Assembly: GCA_051439505.1 (NCBI GenBank)
Contig: JBFRWI010000101.1
Coordinates: forward strand, 1 to 17,425
DNA: 17,425 nucleotides
Origin: Hormoscilla sp.
GTDB taxonomy: Bacteria; Cyanobacteriota; Cyanobacteriia; Cyanobacteriales; Desertifilaceae
Direction of reading: 5' to 3'
A program made the translations under genes and the position numbers. The notes under the pieces were generated by a model. It saw only the letters and a list, made by a program, of their open reading frames with translations, was not told the origin of the DNA and searched no databases. Position 1 is the first letter of the stretch. Each line of letters begins with the position of its first letter. Of the stretch, positions 1-6,759 are shown one piece after another.

Positions 1-17
1 ATTAATTGTGAGTTATC

Positions 18-52
18 TGTAGGTTGGGTAGAGGCACGAAACCCAACCTACA
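18..52. repeat. GTAG-type REP-like palindrome
   Basis: TGTAGGTTGGGT-11 nt-ACCCAACCTACA, a perfect 12-bp inverted repeat containing GTAG. Confidence 0.8.
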
Positions 53-82
53 AATCAACACTTTATAGATAATACTTTCAGT

Positions 83-197
83 GGGTGTGGTCAAAAGTAG
101 TTGTAAAGGATCCCCCCCAAACCCCCCCTTCCCGAAAGGGGGGGCTCCGGAAGCCCCCCTTTTTAAGGGGGGTTTGGGGGGATCCGGCGACCGGGAG
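83..197 (-). repeat. 115-bp dispersed palindromic element (GGATCC-bounded G/C-run core), copy 1, intergenic
   Basis: Its reverse complement matches 1279..1393, including flanks CTCCC(G/A)GTCGC and CAACTACTTTTGACCACACCC. The core at 108..185 is a nested inverted repeat. Confidence 0.9.
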
Positions 198-391
198 GGC
201 GGCAACATCGGCCCGTGCAAATTCCATTGTAATCATATCTGGAGATCGGCGATCGGTTAAGTGAAGTCCCAGGACTGACCAGTATGCCCCTCCCTGCCAC
301 TTGCTGGCCCCGCTGCGGAAGTGGTCCCAAATTATCGGTGTTGTTGCGCAGCGCCGTTAGGGAAAAGAAATTTATGAATTGTTTGGTGGTA

Positions 392-420
392 TTGACAGCA
401 GGGTAAAGGTAATCTATGTT
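392..420 (+). promoter_or_regulatory. Putative sigma70-type promoter of the dha cluster
   Basis: TTGACA (392-397), 17-nt spacer, TATGTT (415-420), about 85 nt upstream of the start codon. Confidence 0.6.
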
Positions 421-504
421 GATTGTTGCTCATAGTTCTAAGCAGTCATATGATGCATGAGCATCTGTTGCTAGCAACATCTCAAAACTAGGCTCGGTGT
501 GAGT

Positions 505-3147
505 ATGGTGGGAATTGTAATTGTGTCTCATAGTGCTAAGTTGGCCGCAGGTTTGGCAGAACTGGCAAGACAAATGGTTGGAGATACTGTACCAATGGCG
601 ATCGCGGCAGGAATGTCGGATCCAGAAAATCCCTTGGGCACAGATGTGATGGCGATAAAAGAGGCGATCGCATCTATATATAGTGAAGATGGCATCTTGG
701 TACTGATGGACTTGGGTAGCGCCATCCTCAGTGCGGAAATGGCGTTAGAATTTTTGCCTGCCGACCAACAAGAGAAGGTGAAACTCTGCGAGGCCCCCCT
801 GGTGGAAGGAACGATCGCCGCAGCAGTGCAGGCAGGGACCGGTGCATCCCTGGATGAGGTGATGGCGGAAGCGCGAAATGCCCTGAAAGCCAAAGTCGCT
901 CAGTTATCGGGGGGGGAAACTGTCAGTTCGGATGGAGAACCAGAACTACCGCTGGCCAATAGTCCCTCGCAAGAGGAAATCAGCTCGGAAATTCATCTTA
1001 CGATCGCAAATCAGATGGGGTTGCACGCTCGTCCGGCAGCTAAATTGGTGCAGACTGCTTCGAGGTTTCAGTGTCAGATCGCGTTACAAAATTTGACCAA
1101 AGGCAGTCAGCCAGTGAATGCTAAAAGTATTAATCAAGTGGTGACTTTAGCTGTAGGTCAAGGGGAGAAAATCGCGATCGCGGCTAGGGGAAATGATGCA
1201 GAGGCGGCCCTGAAAGCTTTGCAGCAACTGGTGGAGAATCATTTTGGCGAGTCGGAAACAGCCTTAGTAGAGAAGGATCTCCCAGTCGCAGGATCCCCCC
1301 AAACCCCCCTTAAAAAGGGGGGCTTAGAAGCCCCCCCTTTCGCAAGGGGGGGTTTGGGGGGGATCCCGGGATCAACTACTTTTGACCACACCCTCAATTC
1401 TCAGTTATCGTCCCATACAATATCGGGCATTCCCATATCCCCGGGAGTGGCGATCGGGCCAGCGGTATTGTATCAATTGCCAGTTTTCCAGGTAGAAGTG
1501 CAGTTAGCGGAGAATCCCGAATCTGAATGGGAAAAGTTGCGCATCGCCCTGGACAGGGCGGCATTTGAGATTCAACAAATCCGCCAAGAGACCGCAATTC
1601 CAGCAGAAGCGACGATATTTGATGCTCATTTACTCTGTTTGTCAGATCCGGCGTTGCTAGAAGCGGTTCATCAGCAGATTTTTGCCGAAGGACTGACCGC
1701 CGCCGCCGCTTGGCAGAGGGTAATCGATGGGATAATGGCTACCTATAAATCTCTAGAAAATCCCTATTTACGGGAACGGGCGGCAGATCTGTTTGATGTG
1801 GGACAGCGAGTGCTAGGATTGCTGACAGGAGTCAGCTCCATAAATATAGAACTATCGGAACCGATATCGGCACCGAGTATTTTGGTGGCTCAGGACTTGA
1901 CAGCATCGCAAATCGCTAAGCTGGATGTGACGAAAATATTGGGTATTTGTACGGTTAGCGGCAGTCCTCTATCCCATGGGGCAATTTTAGCCCGATCGCT
2001 GGGGATTCCCGCAGTGTTCGGAGTGGGATCCCAGGAGTTATTGCAGCTCGAAAATGGTCGGGCGATCGCTCTGAATGGGGAAACGGGTCAGGTGTGGATC
2101 GACCCGGAACCAGCAAGCATCGCCGCCTTAGAAGACCTCAGGCAGAGTCAATTAGCTACCCGCAAATCCTTACTAACTGCTGCAGCAAAGCCCTGCTATA
2201 CTCGGGATGGATATCAGATTAAAGTAATGGCCAATATTGGCGGAGTTGCGGATGGGAAAATGGCCCGCAAATACGGTGCCGATGGCGTGGGATTGCTGCG
2301 GACGGAATTGCTTTATTTAGACAGCACTGAAGCCCCCAGGGAGGTAGAACAATTAGAAATTTATCGGGCGATCGCCAAGGGGACTGCCCCCCATCCTCTA
2401 ACTATTCGGGTTTTCGATATGGGGGGCGATAAACCCCTGCCTTTTATGTCCAGTCTGGATGGTGGGTGGGGCCAAAACCAAGGGGATCTGATGCTGGGAT
2501 GGCGGGGAATTAGAGTATTATTAGATTGTCCCGAACTGTTGAAAACTCAGTTAAGAGCAATTCTGCAAGCCAGTTACGGACATCAGCTCAAAATCTTATT
2601 ACCCATGGTGGCATCTTTACCGGAAATGAGAGGGGTTAAACAGATTTTAGCCGAGTCGAAAGCAGAATTGAGACAAGGGGGAATTCCCTTTGATGAAAAT
2701 ATCCCAGTGGGAATAGCGATCGAAGTTCCGGCATCAGTGGCGATCGCCGATCGATTAGCAGCAGAAGTGGACTTTTTCAGTATTGGCACCAATGACTTAA
2801 GTCAATATACGATGGCGGCGGATCGGAACAATGCTAGAGTTGCCAATCTTGCGGATGGGTTTCAACCAGCGGTGCTCAGAATGATTCAGCAGACGGTAAA
2901 ATCAGCCCAGGGATGGGGCATTTCCGTAGCAGTTTGTGGCGAGTTAGCCTCGGAAATTTTAGCCGTGCCAATTTTATTAGGATTGGGAATTGATGAATTA
3001 AGTATGAATGGGCCCATGATTCCGCAAATAAAGGCCGCTGTGGGCAAATTAAAAATCACGGAAGCGAAGGAAATTGCCGAGGCAGTATTACAATTAGATA
3101 CCGCAGCAGATGTGAGAGAATATGTGAAGAATTGTTGCAAGATATAG
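505..3147 (+). CDS. dhaM: Multidomain PTS phosphotransferase for dihydroxyacetone kinase: DhaM-type EIIA + HPr + full-length Enzyme I (PEP-protein phosphotransferase, PtsP-like)
   Basis: N-terminal MVGIVIVSHS...LVLMDLGSA (DhaM EIIA); GLHARPAA (HPr His); SHGAILARSLGIPAV (EI His); GLLRTE, DMGGDK, LGWRGIR, FFSIGTNDLSQY and VCGELA (EI PEP-binding domain); adjacent to dhaK/dhaL. ATG 505 preferred by homology; GTG 499 is possible. Confidence 0.93.
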   Translation: MVGIVIVSHSAKLAAGLAELARQMVGDTVPMAIAAGMSDPENPLGTDVMAIKEAIASIYSEDGILVLMDLGSAILSAEMALEFLPADQQEKVKLCEAPLVEGTIAAAVQAGTGASLDEVMAEARNALKAKVAQLSGGETVSSDGEPELPLANSPSQEEISSEIHLTIANQMGLHARPAAKLVQTASRFQCQIALQNLTKGSQPVNAKSINQVVTLAVGQGEKIAIAARGNDAEAALKALQQLVENHFGESETALVEKDLPVAGSPQTPLKKGGLEAPPFARGGLGGIPGSTTFDHTLNSQLSSHTISGIPISPGVAIGPAVLYQLPVFQVEVQLAENPESEWEKLRIALDRAAFEIQQIRQETAIPAEATIFDAHLLCLSDPALLEAVHQQIFAEGLTAAAAWQRVIDGIMATYKSLENPYLRERAADLFDVGQRVLGLLTGVSSINIELSEPISAPSILVAQDLTASQIAKLDVTKILGICTVSGSPLSHGAILARSLGIPAVFGVGSQELLQLENGRAIALNGETGQVWIDPEPASIAALEDLRQSQLATRKSLLTAAAKPCYTRDGYQIKVMANIGGVADGKMARKYGADGVGLLRTELLYLDSTEAPREVEQLEIYRAIAKGTAPHPLTIRVFDMGGDKPLPFMSSLDGGWGQNQGDLMLGWRGIRVLLDCPELLKTQLRAILQASYGHQLKILLPMVASLPEMRGVKQILAESKAELRQGGIPFDENIPVGIAIEVPASVAIADRLAAEVDFFSIGTNDLSQYTMAADRNNARVANLADGFQPAVLRMIQQTVKSAQGWGISVAVCGELASEILAVPILLGLGIDELSMNGPMIPQIKAAVGKLKITEAKEIAEAVLQLDTAADVREYVKNCCKI
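1279..1393 (+). repeat. 115-bp dispersed palindromic element, copy 2, read through in frame inside dhaM
   Basis: Inverted copy of 83..197. It encodes LPVAGSPQTPLKKGGLEAPPFARGGLGGIPGSTTFDHT between the HPr and EI domains. Confidence 0.9.
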
Positions 3148-3196
3148 CAGTTATAAAATTACTGTGATATGCTGTTGGGGATGTTGCTTAGGGGGG

Positions 3197-3279
3197 GAGA
3201 TTGCTTCGGGGGGGTTAACTCATAAAGCATAAGTTGATCGCTACGTACCCCCCACGCTGCGCGAAAAATCGCAATGACA
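3197..3279. repeat. GAGATTGCTTCG...TCGCAATGACA-type dispersed repeat with an extended interior
   Basis: Both recognisable ends are present (3197-3208, 3269-3279). The interior has a G-run/C-run pair able to form a stem. Confidence 0.5.
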
Positions 3280-3346
3280 AATAAGAGATTTGGCTGTAAC
3301 ACATCAATTTGAGAAAGGCAATAGAAACTGAAGAAAAAGAGGAAAG

Positions 3347-4420
3347 ATGAAAAAAATAATTAATAGCCCGGATAACTTTGTGAGAGAAAGTCTAGAAGGA
3401 CTGGCATTAGCTCATGGGGATCTGATAAAAGTTAACTACGATCCCAACTTTATTTACCGGGCAGATGGGCCGGGAAAAAATAAAGTGGCCCTGGTTTCTG
3501 GGGGTGGGAGTGGACATGAACCAATGCACGGAGGATTTGTCGGTTACGGAATGCTGGATGCCGCTTGTCCCGGTGAAGTGTTCACATCTCCCACCCCCGA
3601 TCAAATGCTAGAAGCTGCCAAAGTTGTCAATAATGGGGCGGGAGTGCTGAATATTGTCACAAACTACTCTGGGGACTTGATGAATTTTGAGATGGCGGCG
3701 GAGTTGGCTAACTCAGAAGATATCCCGATGTTGAATATCTTAATTGATGATGATGTGGCCGTTAAAGATAGTATTTATACTCAAGGTCGTCGCGGAGTGG
3801 GCACCACAGTGTTAGCGGAAAAAATCTGTGGAGCAGCGGCAGAACAGGGGTATAAGTTACAGCAACTGGCCGACCTTTGTCGCCGAGTTAATCTGCATGG
3901 CCGTAGCATGGGCATGGCCCTGACTTCCTGTACAATACCCGCTAAAGGTAGCCCCACTTTTGAACTGGGAGAGGGAGAAATAGAAGTGGGCATTGGCGTT
4001 CACGGAGAACCGGGACGAAAGCGCATGGTGCTGAAATCAGCGGATGAAATTACAGAAATGCTGGCGTTATCAATTATCGAAGATTCCGACTATACTCGCC
4101 GGGTTCGGGAGTGGGATCTAAAGAAAAATGACTGGGTGGAGATAGAACTGGTTGACCCACCTATGGAAAAGGGCGATCGGGTGCTGGCTTTTGTAAACAG
4201 CATGGGGGGCACGCCAATTTCCGAACTATACATCATCTATCGGAAACTAGCAGAAATTTGCGAGCAGAAAGGGTTAAAAATTGTCAGAAACTTAGTGGGG
4301 CATTATATCACTTCTCTGGAAATGCAGGGCTGCTCGATTACTTTGCTGAAGATGGATGATGAACTGATTAAATTTTGGGATGCGCCGGTGAAAACACCGG
4401 CTATGCGCTGGGGAATTTAA
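3347..4420 (+). CDS. dhaK: Dihydroxyacetone kinase substrate-binding subunit DhaK
   Basis: [63 protein letters not shown] upstream. Confidence 0.96.
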   Translation: MKKIINSPDNFVRESLEGLALAHGDLIKVNYDPNFIYRADGPGKNKVALVSGGGSGHEPMHGGFVGYGMLDAACPGEVFTSPTPDQMLEAAKVVNNGAGVLNIVTNYSGDLMNFEMAAELANSEDIPMLNILIDDDVAVKDSIYTQGRRGVGTTVLAEKICGAAAEQGYKLQQLADLCRRVNLHGRSMGMALTSCTIPAKGSPTFELGEGEIEVGIGVHGEPGRKRMVLKSADEITEMLALSIIEDSDYTRRVREWDLKKNDWVEIELVDPPMEKGDRVLAFVNSMGGTPISELYIIYRKLAEICEQKGLKIVRNLVGHYITSLEMQGCSITLLKMDDELIKFWDAPVKTPAMRWGI

Positions 4421-4440
4421 CCGGGATCATCCCATATTTG

Positions 4441-4500
4441 CGCCCGAACCCTAAAGGGCCCGGCTACAGGAACAAAGCCCGCCTGCGCGGGCTACATTAC
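4441..4500 (-). repeat. 60-bp double-hairpin GTAG-type REP-like element, copy 1
   Basis: Its reverse complement is 57/60 identical to 10218..10277. It has two hairpins, each preceded by GTAG on the minus strand. Confidence 0.9.
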
Positions 4501-4589
4501 ATGCATTATCGTTGCACCCAATTTAACCATTGTTTGGGTCTGGTTTATGGTTAACTCGAAATTAAATAATTGAAGCTTCAAAGATAAAC

Positions 4590-5216
4590 ATGGTGACAAA
4601 ACAGCAAATTTGGCAATGGTTGCAGGCGGTAGTGACGACGATCGCCCAAAATAAAGACTATTTAACAGAACTGGATGCGGCGATCGGGGATGCAGACCAC
4701 GGCATAAATCTCCATCGGGGCTTTCAAAAAGTGCAAGACCAGTTACCCCAGTTGGCAGAGAAAGACATTGGCAGTATGCTCAAAACCGTGAGTATGACTC
4801 TGATTTCCACAGTGGGTGGGGCCAGTGGGCCGCTGTACGGTACCTTATTTTTGCGAGGGAGTGCCGCCGTTGGGGCCAAAGAAGAACTCAGTAATGAAGA
4901 TTTGGTCGCCTTTTTTCAAGGGGCGGTGGCGGGAGTCCTGCAACGGGGAAAAGCGCAACTGGGTGATAAGACCATGTTGGATGCCCTGATCCCGGCGTCG
5001 GATGCCTTCCAGCAAGCGATCGCCTCCGGTGATGAGACCGTAGTTGCGTTGTCAAAGGCGGTGGCCGCAGCAGAAACTGGCAAGGATAATACCATTCCCT
5101 TAGTGGCGAAAAAAGGCCGGGCGAGTTATTTGGGCGATCGCAGCATCGGTCATCCCGATCCTGGGGCCACTTCCACTTATTTAATTTTGAACGCCTTCTT
5201 AGAAGTGCTCAAATAA
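4590..5216 (+). CDS. dhaL: Dihydroxyacetone kinase ADP-binding subunit DhaL
   Basis: LTELDAAIGDADHG, VGGASGPLYGT, GDKTMLDAL, KGRASYLGDRSIGHPDPGATS. Confidence 0.96.
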   Translation: MVTKQQIWQWLQAVVTTIAQNKDYLTELDAAIGDADHGINLHRGFQKVQDQLPQLAEKDIGSMLKTVSMTLISTVGGASGPLYGTLFLRGSAAVGAKEELSNEDLVAFFQGAVAGVLQRGKAQLGDKTMLDALIPASDAFQQAIASGDETVVALSKAVAAAETGKDNTIPLVAKKGRASYLGDRSIGHPDPGATSTYLILNAFLEVLK

Positions 5217-5296
5217 CTAGGGAATAGTATAGTATTTTGGGTACCCTCTAGAGGAAAGTATAATACGGCCTACGAGATCCTCTCAAAGACTTTCCC

Positions 5297-5329
5297 AATT
5301 TTGAACTTTGAATTTTGAATTTTGAATTG
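5297..5329. repeat. Heptamer short tandem repeat (AATTTTG)n, STRR type
   Basis: AATTTTG AACTTTG AATTTTG AATTTTG AATTG immediately before ATG 5333. Confidence 0.85.
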
Positions 5330-5332
5330 CTT

Positions 5333-6217
5333 ATGTCTGGTCATCAACTGCGTAAAATCCTAGAACAACCGGGAATTCTCACCCTGCCTGGGGTCTACGA
5401 CTGCATCGGCGCGAAACTGACAGAACAATTAGGTTTTGAAGCGGTGTTCACTAGCGGTTTCGGCATTTCCGGCTCCACCCTCGGTCAGCCGGACTACGGT
5501 TTCCTCACGGCCACGGAAATGCTCTATTCTGTGGGCCGGATCGCTCAATCTGTAAATATCCCCCTCGTCGCTGATATTGATACTGGTTATGGCAACCCCC
5601 TGAACGTGATCCGAACCGTTACAGAAGTAGTGAAGTTAGGGGTTGCTGGCATTATTTTGGAAGACCAGTGCTGGCCCAAGAAATGCGGTCATTTTGAGGG
5701 CAAGCGCGTAATTGAGATGAGCGAACATGTCGAGAAAATTAAAGCAGCAGTTCATGCTAGGGGCGATAGCGGTCTGGTAATCATTGGTCGGACGGATGCC
5801 CGGGCCCCCCTGGGTTTAGAAGCAGCAATTCGTCGGGGTCAAGCTTATTTTGACGCCGGTGCTGATGTGGTTTTCATCGAGGCTCCCCAGTCCCTGGATG
5901 ACCTGAAGGCGATCGCCTCTGCCTTCGATAAGAACGTGCCTTTGTTTGCCAACATGATAGAAGGGGGGAAAACTCCTGTTCTTTCGGGGAAAGAACTACA
6001 AGAATTAGGTTTCAAAATTGTGGTTTATCCCCTTTCCGGTCTGTTCTCGGCAACGAAAGCACTGATGAATTGCTTGAGCCATTTGAAGGAAAATGGAACT
6101 ACCTCTGGGTTTACCGATCTAGTTAATTTCCAAGAGTTCGAGCAAATTATTAACGTGCCCTATTATAAGCAACTGGAAAAGCAGTTTGCCGTGCCTAGCA
6201 CTCAGGATGAAGCCTAA
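5333..6217 (+). CDS. Isocitrate lyase/PEP mutase family protein (PrpB/CPEP-mutase/dimethylmalate lyase-like; substrate not assignable)
   Basis: FTSGFG, PLVADIDTGYG, LEDQCWPKKCGH, GRTDA, GADVVFIEA, ANMIEGGKTP. The TTG start at 5315 lies inside the STRR, so ATG 5333 was chosen. Confidence 0.9.
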   Translation: MSGHQLRKILEQPGILTLPGVYDCIGAKLTEQLGFEAVFTSGFGISGSTLGQPDYGFLTATEMLYSVGRIAQSVNIPLVADIDTGYGNPLNVIRTVTEVVKLGVAGIILEDQCWPKKCGHFEGKRVIEMSEHVEKIKAAVHARGDSGLVIIGRTDARAPLGLEAAIRRGQAYFDAGADVVFIEAPQSLDDLKAIASAFDKNVPLFANMIEGGKTPVLSGKELQELGFKIVVYPLSGLFSATKALMNCLSHLKENGTTSGFTDLVNFQEFEQIINVPYYKQLEKQFAVPSTQDEA

Positions 6218-6270
6218 GCTTCTGGGTAAGGTGGGCGGGGCATGGCAGCAGGTTGTGCCCCGGTATCCAT

Positions 6271-6423
6271 GCGATCAGGTGGTCGGGTTGGCGGGTTGGC
6301 GGGTTGGCGGGCGATCGGGTTGTGGGGCGATCGGACGATCTGGAGATCGGGCGATCGGGTTGGCGGGCGATCGGGTGGTCGGGCGATCGGGTTGTGGGGC
6401 GATCGGATGGTCGGGCGATCGGG
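6271..6423. repeat. Degenerate 8-nt tandem array (GGGCGATC / GGGTTGGC / GGGTGGTC units), HIP1-related
   Basis: 8-nt periodicity over about 150 nt; similar shorter tracts at about 9215-9318, 9526-9550 and 9781-9806. Confidence 0.85.
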
Positions 6424-6442
6424 GAAATTGTGGGATGTGGCC

Positions 6443-6503
6443 GGGGCACGGCAACAGAGAATTGGCGGGCGATGGTGTTAATTTGCGGATGCCGTGCCCC
6501 TAC
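6443..6503 (-). repeat. 61-bp long-loop GTAG REP-like element
   Basis: GGGGCACGGC-38 nt-GCCGTGCCCC-TAC; four more members lie at 9319, 9452, 9575 and 9709. Confidence 0.88.
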
Positions 6504-6531
6504 GGTTAATTGGTTGGGATGGGTAAATTTG

Positions 6532-6540
6532 TGGTATAAT
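6532..6540 (+). promoter_or_regulatory. Putative extended -10 promoter (TGnTATAAT) for the protease-TPR gene
   Basis: TGGTATAAT, a perfect extended -10, about 220 nt upstream of ATG 6760. Confidence 0.45.
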
Positions 6541-6605
6541 TTTTGATATTGGTCTAGGAGAAATTGGGCAGGTGTGCTGGTGATGACAGGAGGCAGAGCT
6601 TCGTG

Positions 6606-6630
6606 CGTTCCCAGGCAGAGCCAGGGAACG
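6606..6630. repeat. CGTTCCC...GGGAACG REP-like hairpin
   Basis: CGTTCCCAGGCAGAGCCAGGGAACG, an imperfect inverted repeat of a type commonly dispersed in cyanobacteria. Confidence 0.65.
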
Positions 6631-6652
6631 AGATATAGAAGAGAATATTTGC

Positions 6653-6703
6653 AGTCGGTTTTCAACCGACTTCAGCTATTAGCCGTGGGTTTGAACCCAC
6701 GGC
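6653..6703 (+). repeat. Double-hairpin dispersed repeat
   Basis: AGTCGGTT-TTC-AACCGACT, 10-nt linker, GCCGTGGGTT-TG-AACCCACGGC; same two-hairpin layout as the 4441/10218 element. Confidence 0.75.
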
Positions 6704-6759
6704 GGGGTAACAGCGAAGATGAGAGATTAGAGAACGAAATGTAAAGGGAGGATAGTAGG

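Noticed and set aside
2..220. 72-aa minus-strand ORF
   Set aside because: Mostly translation of the palindromic repeats at 18-52 and 83-197; no protein-like content.
6186..6665. Four overlapping ORFs on both strands
   Set aside because: Products of the stop-free octamer array and REP elements; low-complexity sequence.
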